Below, piece after piece: positions 12,997 through 22,605 of a stretch of 64,000 bases of DNA. The stretch covers positions 2,007,695 through 2,071,694 of the forward strand of contig CAWKPF010000003.1 in the NCBI GenBank assembly GCA_963851415.1, given 5' to 3'. Origin of the DNA: an uncultured Acidobacteriota bacterium (lineage in GTDB: Bacteria; Acidobacteriota; Thermoanaerobaculia; Multivoradales; Multivoraceae). Under the pieces are notes generated by a model, which saw only the letters and a program-made list of their open reading frames with translations, had not been told where the DNA came from and ran no database searches. How positions within the stretch are numbered: the stretch's first letter is position 1; every line of letters begins with the position of its first letter. A program made the position numbers and the translations under genes.

Positions 12997-14007
12997 ATGA
13001 AAGCGATCGAGATCCAGGAGACCTTCGGTCTCGACAGCCTCGCCCTGACCGAACGCGAGACCCCGAAGCCCGGGCGTGGCCAGGCTCTCCTTCGGATGAG
13101 GGCCGCATCGCTCAACTTTCGGGATCTGCTCATGGTCACCGGAGGCTACAACCCTCGCCAGCCGCTCCCTCTGGTTCCATGTTCGGACGGCGTAGGTGAG
13201 GTCATTGCGGTCGGCGAAGGGGTCGAGCGCGTGGGAGTCGGCGACCGAGTCTGCCCGATCTTCACCCAGGCCTTCATTGCCGGGGAAGCCGACCGTCAGA
13301 CTCTCACTACTACTCTCGGAGGACCGCTCGACGGCACCCTGCGGGAACAGATGGTGGTCGACGCCGAGGGCCTGGTCAAAGTACCCGAGTACCTGAGCGA
13401 CCACGAGGCGGCATGCCTGCCCTGTGCCGCGGTCACCGCGTGGACAGCCCTTCACGTCTATGGTCGCGTCGAGCCAGGTGACGTGGTCGTCGCTCAGGGT
13501 ACCGGCGGCGTATCCATCTTCACGCTCCAGCTCGCTCAGATGCTCGGAGCGAGGGTCATCGTGACTTCGAGTAGCGACGAGAAGCTGGAGCGGGCCCGAA
13601 GTCTGGGCGCGTGGCAGACCATCAACTACAAGAGCGAGCCCGAGTGGGGCAAGAAGGTGCGCAAGCTGACCGCCGGGGGCGCCGACCACATCGTCGAAGT
13701 GGGCGGCGCAGGAACGCTCGGACAATCCCTCACCGCGATCAAGCCCTTTGGCCAGATCAGCGTGATCGGTGTCCTCTCCGGCACCACGACCGAACTGAAC
13801 GTGATCCCGATCTTGATGCAGAACGTTCGTCTTCAGGGCATCCTGGTAGGTCATCGCCAGGGCTTCGAGAGCCTGGTCAAGGCTCTGGAAGCACACCAGG
13901 TGAGACCGGTCGTCGATGCCACCTACCCCATGGCGGAGGCCAGGGCGGCCTTCGAGCACATGCAGAGTGCCCGGCACTTCGGCAAGATCTGCATCGAGAT
14001 CGGCTAG
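12997..14007 (+). CDS. Zinc-binding alcohol dehydrogenase / quinone oxidoreductase-like NAD(P)-dependent oxidoreductase (MDR superfamily)
   Basis: GroES-like N-domain and Rossmann region AQGTGGVSIFTLQLA; SD AGGAAAG 5 nt after the guaB stop, so probably co-transcribed with guaB. Confidence 0.7.
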   Translation: MKAIEIQETFGLDSLALTERETPKPGRGQALLRMRAASLNFRDLLMVTGGYNPRQPLPLVPCSDGVGEVIAVGEGVERVGVGDRVCPIFTQAFIAGEADRQTLTTTLGGPLDGTLREQMVVDAEGLVKVPEYLSDHEAACLPCAAVTAWTALHVYGRVEPGDVVVAQGTGGVSIFTLQLAQMLGARVIVTSSSDEKLERARSLGAWQTINYKSEPEWGKKVRKLTAGGADHIVEVGGAGTLGQSLTAIKPFGQISVIGVLSGTTTELNVIPILMQNVRLQGILVGHRQGFESLVKALEAHQVRPVVDATYPMAEARAAFEHMQSARHFGKICIEIG

Positions 14008-14061
14008 CTCACCCCCGCTGTGGCGTGGCCGCACGCGGCAACCCGAGTGGGACTCTCTCGG

Positions 14062-15312
14062 CTAGCCGGTCCACGCCCTCGGATCGAGATCGTAGGGCAG
14101 CGGCGTCAGGTTCGAGATGCCATCGGAGCCGACCGAGCACAGGTCTTCGAGGCGCACACCGAAGCCGGCCTCTGGGTCATACAACCCTGGTTCCAACGTG
14201 ATCACGTCGCCCTCCTCGAGGCACCCGAAACTCGGTGGCTGACTCTCGGCCGGGGCTCGAAACGAAGGCAGCTCGTGGAGCTCGAATCCCACCCCGTGAC
14301 CGAGTCCGTGCACGTAGCCCCGCTTGGTACCGGGCTCGCTTCGTATCGTCGCGTAGCCGCGACTCTCGAGGCACTCGCAGACTCCCTCCTGCAGAGAGGC
14401 CCCGGTCACGCCCACCGCAGCCTTTTCGTGCGACCAGAGCAGCGCCTCGAGCACCGCCTGATGGGCCCGCGCGAGGGCCTCGGGAGCTGCACCGACGCAG
14501 AAGGTCCGGGTGCAGTCCGCGAACAGCCTCGCCTTCGGGAAGAGATCGACCACGAGGGACTCGGAGGCTTGCAGAGGACGCTGAGCAGTACCCGAGTTGT
14601 GCGGAACGGCTCCCTCCTCCGCGGGCGCTACGATGTTGCCCTCGGGCTGTTCGAGTCCGTGTCGTGCCAGGACGATCCCCAGATCGGTGCGCAACCGACC
14701 GACGGTGAGGCGCTCCCCCTCGAACCACAGCTCCTCGCCCTTTGCCCCGTCGGAATCGAGCGGACCGGGCCGTAGGCTCGCGTGTGCGAGCACTTCCGAC
14801 ACCCGCCGCATGGCCGCCATCGTGCCTTGCGCCGCCCTTCGGATCTCGCTCAACTGCTCCACGTCCTTTCGCTTGCGCACGCCGCGGACCAGTTCGTGGC
14901 CGGAAACGAAGTTCCAGCCGTCCTGCTCGAGTGCCTCGCAGGCCCCGAGCACCACGCCGGCCGAATAGTGGCCGGCGATCGCGACGCGTCCTGGACCCAC
15001 CCCCGTGTTCATGAGCGCCTGGCGCAGCACCCACGCCAGGAAATCCACCGGTCCCCGGGTCGACCGTGCGGCCTGTCCCATCTCCAGGCCGTCCGGATCC
15101 AGCAGTTCGAGCCCACTGATCTCTGCCTCTCCCCTGTCGAGTGGAGACAAAACGGCCAGGCGTGGCGCCTCGCCCCGAGGCACCACGAGGACCGAGTCAC
15201 CGAGACGGGCCCCGCCGATGAAGGGAGCCAGGTCGGGATCTCGCCCCGAGGACGCCACCACCAGCAGAGCCTTGGCCTGACTGACGCCGAGCAGGGAGTC
15301 GAGATCGGGCAT
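14062..15312 (-). CDS. M24 family Xaa-Pro aminopeptidase
   Basis: C-terminal pita-bread domain with HGLGHGVGFELHE metal-binding motif and EPGLY region; N-terminal creatinase-like domain. Confidence 0.75.
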   Translation of the reverse strand: MPDLDSLLGVSQAKALLVVASSGRDPDLAPFIGGARLGDSVLVVPRGEAPRLAVLSPLDRGEAEISGLELLDPDGLEMGQAARSTRGPVDFLAWVLRQALMNTGVGPGRVAIAGHYSAGVVLGACEALEQDGWNFVSGHELVRGVRKRKDVEQLSEIRRAAQGTMAAMRRVSEVLAHASLRPGPLDSDGAKGEELWFEGERLTVGRLRTDLGIVLARHGLEQPEGNIVAPAEEGAVPHNSGTAQRPLQASESLVVDLFPKARLFADCTRTFCVGAAPEALARAHQAVLEALLWSHEKAAVGVTGASLQEGVCECLESRGYATIRSEPGTKRGYVHGLGHGVGFELHELPSFRAPAESQPPSFGCLEEGDVITLEPGLYDPEAGFGVRLEDLCSVGSDGISNLTPLPYDLDPRAWTG

Positions 15313-15328
15313 CGAGGCACCAAATCGC

Positions 15329-15658
15329 TCAGACGTGGCGCTCGAGAAACTCCTGCAACTGCGGCTTGGGAAGCGCTCCCATCAACCGATCCGCGATCTC
15401 ACCGTTCTTGAACAGGATGAGAGTCGGGATGCTCTGCACGCCGTACTTGACGGCAACGTCTTGTGCGGAATCCACGTCCAGCTTCGCGATGGTGACCTGA
15501 TCGGACATCTCGTCCGCGAGCTCGTCGAGAACGGGAGCGATCATGCGACAGGGGCCGCACCAGGTCGCCCAGAAATCGACCAGAACCGGCTTGTCGGAGC
15601 CCTGCACCGTACTGTCGAAGTTGGTCGAGTCCAGCTGAACGATATTTTCACTTGCCAT
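15329..15658 (-). CDS. trxA: Thioredoxin
   Basis: [13 protein letters not shown] active site (WCGPC); 109 aa from MASENIV. Confidence 0.9.
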   Translation of the reverse strand: MASENIVQLDSTNFDSTVQGSDKPVLVDFWATWCGPCRMIAPVLDELADEMSDQVTIAKLDVDSAQDVAVKYGVQSIPTLILFKNGEIADRLMGALPKPQLQEFLERHV

Positions 15659-15707
15659 GCGTCTCAATCCTCTCAATTCTCTACCTTCGAAAACTACACG
15701 AAGAACC

Positions 15708-16673
15708 TCAGGGCGAGGCCTCCGACTCTTCAGAACGCACCGAGGTACGAAAGAATTCTCGAGCCGCCTCGACGTCGCGAGAAATCTGCGCCGAAAGGTC
15801 CATCATGGACTGGAACATCTTCTCCTCTCGAAGCCGCTTGTAGAAGAAGAGCTCTACCGCCTCCCCGTATACGTCGCTGTGGAACTCGAGGATGTGGCTC
15901 TCCACGACTCGCACGTAGTTCTCGTAGACGGTGGGGCGGGTGCCGATGTTGGTCACCGAATCGAAAGTGGCCGGAAACGACGGGAAGAAGACCCGAGTCG
16001 CATAGACACCGTCGAGCGGTAGTAGCTCGTTCTCGCTCGCCAGATTGATCGTCGGCCAACCGAGCTTCTGGCCCATGCGATCGCCGCGGGCGACCAGTCC
16101 GGTGATCGAGTAGGCACGCCCCAGCAGCTCGAGCGCCTCCGCCACCTTGCCTTCCCGGAGGTGAGCGCGAATCCGGGTCGAGGAGACGCGATCGCCGCCC
16201 CGGCGAACTTCGTCCACGGCGAACGCTCGAAACCCGAACGATTCGCCCATCTGCTGGAGCAGTGAGAGATCGCCCTCCCGCCGGTGACCGAAGCTGAAGT
16301 CGGATCCGACATAGACCTCCAGGATGCCGAGCCGCTCGTGCAGCAGGTCCCGGACGAACGAACGCGCCGGCATTTCGGCGAACTCGGAGGTGAATTGAAT
16401 CACCAACTCATAGTCCACCTCCGCGGCGGCGATCAGGGCGTCGCGTTGAGGACCGGTGGTCAAACGCTTCGGAGCCTGCTCCGGTCGCAGCACCTTCAAC
16501 GGATGCGGATCGAAGGTCACGACCACCGAAGGCACTCCGAGCTCTCGCGCCCGTGCCACCACCAGGTCGAGTACCGCTCGCTGTCCGCGGTGCACGCCGT
16601 CGTAGTTGCCAATCGTCGCGACGACGCCCTGGGGCAGGTCGGAGGCGTGAAGTGCGTCGTGGATCACCTGCAT
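15708..16673 (-). CDS. ribF: Bifunctional riboflavin kinase / FMN adenylyltransferase
   Basis: [15 protein letters not shown]-terminal motif and riboflavin kinase C-domain (GWPTINL...YATRV). Confidence 0.9.
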   Translation of the reverse strand: MQVIHDALHASDLPQGVVATIGNYDGVHRGQRAVLDLVVARARELGVPSVVVTFDPHPLKVLRPEQAPKRLTTGPQRDALIAAAEVDYELVIQFTSEFAEMPARSFVRDLLHERLGILEVYVGSDFSFGHRREGDLSLLQQMGESFGFRAFAVDEVRRGGDRVSSTRIRAHLREGKVAEALELLGRAYSITGLVARGDRMGQKLGWPTINLASENELLPLDGVYATRVFFPSFPATFDSVTNIGTRPTVYENYVRVVESHILEFHSDVYGEAVELFFYKRLREEKMFQSMMDLSAQISRDVEAAREFFRTSVRSEESEASP

Positions 16674-16676
16674 CCG

Positions 16677-18155
16677 TCAGCCCTCGGACTCGGCAAACCT
16701 TCCGGCCGGCACCACCAGCGTCGAATCGCTCCGACTCGAGGGAGACGCCGCGAGGATCCGGCCCACCAGATCGTCGGCATACGCCTCGGTCACCTCCACC
16801 TCCACCAACGAGCCCGCCGGAGCCAGGCCGTCGTTGATCAGCACTCGGCCGTCGACCTGTGGGGCCATCCCGTGATGCCGGGCCTGCAGCAGATGTTCGG
16901 TCTCTTCACAGACACCTTCGACCAGCATGGTCATCGTCTTTCCCACGAGTCTCTGCCGCTGCTGGAGCGATATCGGCTCCTGGCACTCGAGCAACCGATT
17001 GCATCGCTCGCTCGCCAGCTCCGCCGAAGGCCGGCCGGGAAGCCCTGCCGAAGGCGTATCCGCCTCCGGACTGTAGCGAAACGCACCCATGTGATCGAAG
17101 CGTGCTCTCGTGACGAAGTCGAGGAGATTCTCGAAGTGCTCCTCCCGTTCGCCCGGGAAGCCGGTGATGAAGGTACTGCGCACGAAGATGTCGGGAGCCA
17201 GCTCGCGGGCTCGATCGATCAGCCGCAGGTAGCGTTGTGCACTCCCCCCTCGACGCATGGCCGTGAGGATCTCGGGGTGACTGTGCTGGAGCGGAATGTC
17301 CAGATACGAAACGAAGCGCTCTTCCTTGCCCATCAGGTCGAGCAGCTCCGTGTCGAGAGTCGTCGGGTAGGCGTACAGGAACCGAATCCAGGGGATCTCC
17401 GTCTCTGCAAGGAGTGCCTCGACCAGTCTCAGCAGACCGTGCCTGCCGTACTCGAGGTCTTCCCCGTAGCGAGTCGTGTCCTGAGCCAGGAGGATGATCT
17501 CTTGCACCCCCTGCGCCTCGAGCGCTCTGGCCTCTTGCACCAGGCTTTCCAGGCTTCGACTGCGGAAGCGTCCCCGCCACACCGGAATCGCACAAAAGGT
17601 GCACGGGTTGTTGCATCCCTCGGCGACCTTCAAGTAGGCGTATCCGTGAGTCGTCACGAGACGGGGAACCGTGTGATCGAAGACCAGATGGGAGGCTTCG
17701 GGCTCGGGAACGGCCACGGTCACCGCGGAGTCCGGCCGACTCCCTCGCCCCAGCTGGATCAGGGGAGCGACTTCGCGCAGCTGATCCAGGGTGACGAAGC
17801 CATCGATCTCCGGAATCTCGGCAGCCAGCTCCGGAGCGTAGCGACTCGCCATGCAACCGGCCACCAGCACCCGGTTCACCCCGCTCCCCTTGCGCTCGAC
17901 CACCTCGAGGATCGTATCGATCGACTCCTGCTTTGCCTCGTCGATGAACCCGCAGGTGTTCACGATCACCGTGTCTGCGTCATCCAGACTGTCCGAGATC
18001 TGGAAGCCCCGCTGGCGCAGTTCTCCGAGCATGATCTCGGCGTCGACCAGGTTCTTCGGGCAGCCCAGACTGATCATTCCCACCCGGCCCTTCGTCGGGG
18101 CCTCGGCGATGAGCTCCCGGGCAGCCTCGCTCCTCTTCTCGGTCATGGGGCGCAT
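16677..18155 (-). CDS. rimO: Ribosomal protein S12 methylthiotransferase RimO (radical SAM MTTase with TRAM domain)
   Basis: ISLGCPKNLVDAE MTTase N-domain, CNNPCTFCAIP radical-SAM cysteine triad and C-terminal TRAM; start at 18155 or 18146. Confidence 0.8.
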   Translation of the reverse strand: MRPMTEKRSEAARELIAEAPTKGRVGMISLGCPKNLVDAEIMLGELRQRGFQISDSLDDADTVIVNTCGFIDEAKQESIDTILEVVERKGSGVNRVLVAGCMASRYAPELAAEIPEIDGFVTLDQLREVAPLIQLGRGSRPDSAVTVAVPEPEASHLVFDHTVPRLVTTHGYAYLKVAEGCNNPCTFCAIPVWRGRFRSRSLESLVQEARALEAQGVQEIILLAQDTTRYGEDLEYGRHGLLRLVEALLAETEIPWIRFLYAYPTTLDTELLDLMGKEERFVSYLDIPLQHSHPEILTAMRRGGSAQRYLRLIDRARELAPDIFVRSTFITGFPGEREEHFENLLDFVTRARFDHMGAFRYSPEADTPSAGLPGRPSAELASERCNRLLECQEPISLQQRQRLVGKTMTMLVEGVCEETEHLLQARHHGMAPQVDGRVLINDGLAPAGSLVEVEVTEAYADDLVGRILAASPSSRSDSTLVVPAGRFAESEG

Positions 18156-18248
18156 CCTAGCAGGGCTCTCGATGGGCTATGCTCCCCGATCGATCTCACT
18201 CTCGTCTCTCTCGACCGACTCTCCCGGCCCGTTGGAAGTCCCGTCGCG

Positions 18249-19145
18249 ATGACCCAGAACGCTTACAGCCCGCCGCCCGCCCGCCCCGTGTCCGTGCAGC
18301 TCGTTCGCTCCGCCGACGGCGTCGAGTGCGTCCTCTACGACCTGGCTCCCGAGCGCTCAGACGAGGCGCCTCAGCTGTTCCTGAGCCACGCCACGGGCTT
18401 TCCCGGTCGGGTCTACCTTCCCCTCGCGGTCCGTTTGACCGACTACCACTGTTTCACCGCCGACCTGCGGGGGCACGGACGGGCAACCTCTCCCGAGGGT
18501 CACCGTTACGACTGGCAGGGCTTCACCGAAGATCTCGACCGGATCTTTCGAGCCCTGCCTCCCAGTCCCGCTCGATTCGGCGTGGGTCATTCGATGGGCG
18601 CCGCCCTTCTGCTACGCCTCGAGCAGGCGAAACCCGGTACCTTCCGGGCGCTCTACTGCTTCGAGCCGATCGTCCCCACAGCCAGTTTCGAGGCTCTTGC
18701 CGCCAAGGAGAGTCCCCTGGTCTCCATCGCACGCAAGCGCCGCAGTGTCTTTGCCGACCGCGAAGAGGCCTACGCCAACTACGCATCGAAGCCACCGCTC
18801 AGCGACCTCCATCCGGATTGCCTCTCCGCCTACGTCGAGTGGGGCTTTCACGATCTCCCGGACCGCTCGATCGAGCTCGAGCTTCCCGGGCCAGAGGAAG
18901 CCGAGGTCTTCGCCATGAGCGGCAGCCACGACACGTTCGCGGCTCTTTCCGAAGTCCGTTGTCCGGTTGCCGTCGCCCACGGCGCCATCGAGAGCCGGGG
19001 GGCGTCGGCCTGGGTCGGTGAGATCGTCTCCGCCCTTCCGGCGGGGACGCAGATTGCCTTCCCCGATCTGGGACACTTCGGTCCCCTCCAGGACATCGAT
19101 CGGATTGCCGAGTCGATCGCGGGGTTCTTTGCAGCCGCGAGATGA
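18249..19145 (+). CDS. Alpha/beta-fold hydrolase
   Basis: GHSMG nucleophile elbow (GxSxG) and a C-terminal DLGHFGP segment with the catalytic His. This is the only credible part of the 953-aa track ORF 16284..19145; the rest of that ORF is antisense to ribF and rimO. Confidence 0.7.
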   Translation: MTQNAYSPPPARPVSVQLVRSADGVECVLYDLAPERSDEAPQLFLSHATGFPGRVYLPLAVRLTDYHCFTADLRGHGRATSPEGHRYDWQGFTEDLDRIFRALPPSPARFGVGHSMGAALLLRLEQAKPGTFRALYCFEPIVPTASFEALAAKESPLVSIARKRRSVFADREEAYANYASKPPLSDLHPDCLSAYVEWGFHDLPDRSIELELPGPEEAEVFAMSGSHDTFAALSEVRCPVAVAHGAIESRGASAWVGEIVSALPAGTQIAFPDLGHFGPLQDIDRIAESIAGFFAAAR

Positions 19146-19155
19146 CCCCGAGGGA

Positions 19156-20127
19156 TCAGGGCCGCCTCTCGACCACCACCTTGCCGAGCACGCCGCCGGC
19201 CTCGAACTGCCGATAGGCCTCCGGCAGGCTCTCGAAGGGAAGAACCCGGTCGATCACCGGACGGAGACGACCGTCAGCCACCCGGGGCTCGGCGAAGTCC
19301 CAGAAGCCCTGCACCAGACCGGCCTTCTCCTCTCTCGATCGAGAACGCAGGACGGAGCCGAGAATGCGAAGTCGACGTCGCATCACCAGTCCGAGGTCGA
19401 GCTCGAGAGTCCGCCCAGCCATCAGGCCGACCAGGACGAGCCGGCCCTGGTCGCGCAGCGCATCGAGCGAGTGAGCCATCGAGTCGCCGCCCACCAACTC
19501 CAGCACCAGGTCCGCCCCGCGGCCCTCGCTGTTCTCCCGCACACAGTCCGGCAAGGAGTCGCCCAGGAGACACACGGCATCGGCGCCGAGCGCACGCAGA
19601 GCCTCCAGGCGCTCCCTGCTGCGACCCGCCACGACGACTCGGGCCCCCAGTTCCCTGGCCAACTGCACGGCAAAGCTCCCGACCCCGGACGCGGCTGCGG
19701 TGATCAGTAGCACCTGACCCCTGGCCAGGGCGCCTTCGATCACGAGGTTCGTCCAACTGGTCAGTGCAACTTCCGGTAGCCCCGCGGCCTCGGTCAGCTC
19801 CATCCCAGGCGGAACCGGCATCAGCTGCCCCACCGGTACGGAAACGAGCTCGCCGTGACCACCTCCGGCCAGCAGCGCCATCACACGGTCTCCGACGGCG
19901 ATCGCTTCGACCCCCTGGCCGAGACCGGCCACCACCCCGGCGCACTCGAGGCCGGGAACCTCACTCTCGCCCGGAGGCGGGGGGTAGAGCCCCTTTGCCT
20001 GCAGCAGATCTGCCCGATTCAGTGCACTGGCACGGACGTCGACCAGGACCTCCCCGGGACCCGCCACTGGATCGGGGATCTCATCCAGGGACAGATCCCC
20101 TTCCTTGTTGACGACCAGTGCCCTCAT
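19156..20127 (-). CDS. NADPH:quinone oxidoreductase / zeta-crystallin-like MDR protein
   Basis: MRALVVNKEGD...GLNRADLLQAKG...AASGVGSFAVQLA, typical of the Qor family. Confidence 0.75.
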   Translation of the reverse strand: MRALVVNKEGDLSLDEIPDPVAGPGEVLVDVRASALNRADLLQAKGLYPPPPGESEVPGLECAGVVAGLGQGVEAIAVGDRVMALLAGGGHGELVSVPVGQLMPVPPGMELTEAAGLPEVALTSWTNLVIEGALARGQVLLITAAASGVGSFAVQLARELGARVVVAGRSRERLEALRALGADAVCLLGDSLPDCVRENSEGRGADLVLELVGGDSMAHSLDALRDQGRLVLVGLMAGRTLELDLGLVMRRRLRILGSVLRSRSREEKAGLVQGFWDFAEPRVADGRLRPVIDRVLPFESLPEAYRQFEAGGVLGKVVVERRP

Positions 20128-20216
20128 CGCGAACTCCTCTCCTCGATTCCCGTTTTCACCGGAGGCCGCATCCTAGCCGACTGCGAGGGAGTGACCCGAC
20201 GCGAGGCGCGACTCGC

Positions 20217-20245
20217 TTGCTTGAATAGGAAAATGCAGATATAAA
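20217..20245 (+). promoter_or_regulatory. Strong sigma70-like promoter candidate (TTGCTT, 17-nt spacer, TATAAA) driving the PilZ pair
   Basis: cTTGCTTgaataggaaaatgcagaTATAAAtatct is the most AT-rich spot in a 68% GC window, 60 nt upstream of the PilZ-A ATG. Confidence 0.4.
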
Positions 20246-20304
20246 TATCTCCAGCGGGGCCACTGCTCCGACCCACCCATCTCGCATCTCCGGAGCTGCC
20301 CTCC

Positions 20305-21063
20305 ATGCCCATGACGCACGTCTTCGATTCGCAGCACCTCGACGACACGAGCGAACTGCCGCTGGGACGTCCACCTCGACTCGTGGCACCGGGCATCGAT
20401 GCGTCGGTGGCCATCATGACCATGGCCACCTTCGTCGACCTGAGTCAGGGCGGGGTCGGTCTCGAAACCAACATCGCCCTCCAACTCGGTCAGCGCTACA
20501 ACGTCCTGGTCGAAGACAAGGACTTCGCCATCACCGGACGCACCGTCTGGATGAGGCTCGGCGAGATACGAGAGAGTGCCAATGGGGAGTTCGAAGCCCT
20601 CTATCGTGCCGGCATCGAGTTCGACGCCGAGAGGGCCGTGGAAATGCGCAGCCGGCTGGCCGAGTGGCTCTCGGCCAATGGAGTGGCCGCTCAGGACGAG
20701 CCTCCGACCTCCGAGGACCCTTCCCCACCTTCGGATCGACGCCGTCAGGAACGTTTTCGCCTCGACGACGCCGTCCCGAGATTGGTCAGCGCACGATTCG
20801 ACCTGGAGATCGCCCTGCTGAGCCTCAGCGGCCTGATCGCCGAGATGGATCAAGCGATCGAGCCGGGCGTTCTCGCCAGCATCCGACTCGACCTGCCGGA
20901 CGGTCCTCTTCTGGTCCCCGCACAAGCCGTAGCCGTACGGCGCCCCGACGCAGTCAGCCGACCCAAGGTCGCCTTCGAGTTCACCTCGATCGGCGAGGAG
21001 TCCGAGGCGCGACTCGAAGACTTCCTCCGCACCCGCATTCGGTCCAGGCACTCCGATGCCTGA
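20305..21063 (+). CDS. PilZ-domain protein (two-domain; putative c-di-GMP receptor), paralog A
   Basis: N-half GRPPRL...(20 aa)...DLSQGGVGLET (RxxR / DxSxGG); C-half RRQERFRL...LSLSGLIAEMD (RxxxR / xSxSG). Confidence 0.5.
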   Translation: MPMTHVFDSQHLDDTSELPLGRPPRLVAPGIDASVAIMTMATFVDLSQGGVGLETNIALQLGQRYNVLVEDKDFAITGRTVWMRLGEIRESANGEFEALYRAGIEFDAERAVEMRSRLAEWLSANGVAAQDEPPTSEDPSPPSDRRRQERFRLDDAVPRLVSARFDLEIALLSLSGLIAEMDQAIEPGVLASIRLDLPDGPLLVPAQAVAVRRPDAVSRPKVAFEFTSIGEESEARLEDFLRTRIRSRHSDA

Positions 21064-21139
21064 CCCTTGGCTACCCGCCCGAGTCGGGAGGAAGTAGAAT
21101 CGTGCAGAACGAGAACCGCCCTGCCGGAGACTCCTTGCG

Positions 21140-21862
21140 TTGAGCCCAGCGGATCTAGAGCCATCCCCCCCTCCCGGACCGTCCCCACTGGCAGCCATTG
21201 GACGCCCTCCTCACCTGTCGCTGCCCGGGGTGGCAGCCTTCGTCTCCTTCGTCACCCTGGCCGAGGTGGTCGACCTCAGCTACGACGGCATCGGACTCGA
21301 GACCTCGGTCGCCCTCCCACTGGGGGCTCGCTTCAAGGTCCACGTCGAGGGTCCCGAGCTCGCCTTGACCGGCCGAACGGTCTGGATGACCGACGGCGAC
21401 TTCCGCGGCGACGAACGGGGAGAACGCCGCACGGTGTACCGATCGGGGTTGTGCTTCGACACCGACCCGGGCCAGGGCCGGCGCCAGCGCATCGCCCGCT
21501 ATCTCTACGCCAATGCGCTCGACACGAACAGCGACCCGACTCGCGCTCGTCAACCGCGGCCTCCCCGCTATCGCCTTCGCGGCTCGACTCCCCGAGTCGT
21601 GCATACCCAGCTGGACCTGGATATCCAACTCATCGGCATGGGGGGATTGGTCGGCGCCACGACCCGCGCCCTCGAGCCGGGGACACCGGTGAGCATTCGT
21701 CTCGACGCGCCCTCGGGCCCCCTTCTTCTCCTCGCGCACGCCTCCGAGGTACACCCACCCGGAGAGCGCCCAACGGCTCGCGTGGTGTTCGAGTTCGAGG
21801 AGCTCGGCAAGGAGAACCTCGACCGGCTGGCCCAGTTTCTCAACGAGCAGGCGATTCTCTAG
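21140..21862 (+). CDS. PilZ-domain protein paralog B (degenerate N-terminal motifs), tandem duplicate of the upstream gene
   Basis: About 50% identity to paralog A over IGRPPHLSLPG...VDLSYDGIGLET...LTGRTVWM. N-domain motifs degenerate (RxxH, DxSxDG). Possible TTG start overlapping the stop of a 13-codon leader ORF. Confidence 0.45.
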   Translation: MSPADLEPSPPPGPSPLAAIGRPPHLSLPGVAAFVSFVTLAEVVDLSYDGIGLETSVALPLGARFKVHVEGPELALTGRTVWMTDGDFRGDERGERRTVYRSGLCFDTDPGQGRRQRIARYLYANALDTNSDPTRARQPRPPRYRLRGSTPRVVHTQLDLDIQLIGMGGLVGATTRALEPGTPVSIRLDAPSGPLLLLAHASEVHPPGERPTARVVFEFEELGKENLDRLAQFLNEQAIL

Positions 21863-22034
21863 CTTCGCCTCACCAGATCGGTGACCCGAGGAGCGATCGT
21901 GCCAGCTCCTCGCCGAGCGCCCCCGCGGAGATCCAGCTCCACGGCCTCTCTCGAAGGGCGGCCAGCCACGGCCCGTCCGCTCGCCACGTCTCTGCTTTCG
22001 TACTAGGGTTCGCCATGACCTGGGAGCGACCGGA

Positions 22035-22604
22035 GTGTGGATTCGAGAAGACGACCTGACCGGCGAAGCGATCACGGCCCTTCTCCGCGAGCATCTCGAG
22101 CACATGCACGAGATCACTCCCGCGGGCAGCGTCCATGCCCTCGACCTCGAGGGACTTCGCTCGCCTGACGTCACCTTCTGGTCCGCCTGGGAGGGCACTG
22201 AGCTCGTGGGATGTGGCGCGCTGAAGGAGCTCGAGCCGACGATCGGCGAGGTGAAATCGATGCGGACGGACCGAGCCCATCGTGGCAGGGGCGTCGCCTC
22301 TCGGATCCTCGAGCACCTCATCGCAGAGGCGAAGCGCCGAGGCTATCGGCGCCTGAACCTGGAAACCGGAGCCTCTTGCGAGTTCGCTCCTGCCAGGAAC
22401 CTGTATCGCCGATATGGATTCGAGTACCGGGGCCCCTTCGCCGGGTACACCCACGACCCCCACAGCGTCTTCATGACGAAGGGGCTTCCCGACACGGCCT
22501 CATCCAGCTGCGGGGACACGGCAGCCTCTGGCTCGACGACGGAGCCGGATCGGGCTCGGAGTGAAGGAGCGAAGGAGTCGGCACGCGGACCGGCGCCGTC
22601 GTGA
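22035..22604 (+). CDS. GNAT family N-acetyltransferase with low-complexity C-terminal tail
   Basis: Acetyl-CoA binding motif RGRGVASRILEHLIAEAKRRGY (Q/RxxGxG/A). Confidence 0.7.
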   Translation: MWIREDDLTGEAITALLREHLEHMHEITPAGSVHALDLEGLRSPDVTFWSAWEGTELVGCGALKELEPTIGEVKSMRTDRAHRGRGVASRILEHLIAEAKRRGYRRLNLETGASCEFAPARNLYRRYGFEYRGPFAGYTHDPHSVFMTKGLPDTASSSCGDTAASGSTTEPDRARSEGAKESARGPAPS

Positions 22605-22605
22605 C

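Noticed and set aside
12091-14034. 647-aa minus-strand ORF
   Set aside because: Antisense to guaB and the MDR oxidoreductase; no domain-like segments and Arg/Gly-rich. The opposite-strand genes have canonical motifs and SD sequences.
16284-19145. 953-aa plus-strand ORF, the largest in the track
   Set aside because: Only the last ~298 codons (18249-19145, alpha/beta hydrolase) look like a protein. The N-terminal 650 codons are antisense to ribF and rimO, with the Arg/Gly/Pro-rich composition typical of stop-codon-poor antisense frames in 68% GC DNA.
20173-22321. Two long minus-strand ORFs (341 and 388 aa) opposite the PilZ-like genes
   Set aside because: Low-complexity Arg/Gly/Ser-rich translations with no motifs. 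The plus-strand frames contain repeated PilZ-like motif pairs, are mutually paralogous and are preceded by a sigma70-like promoter.
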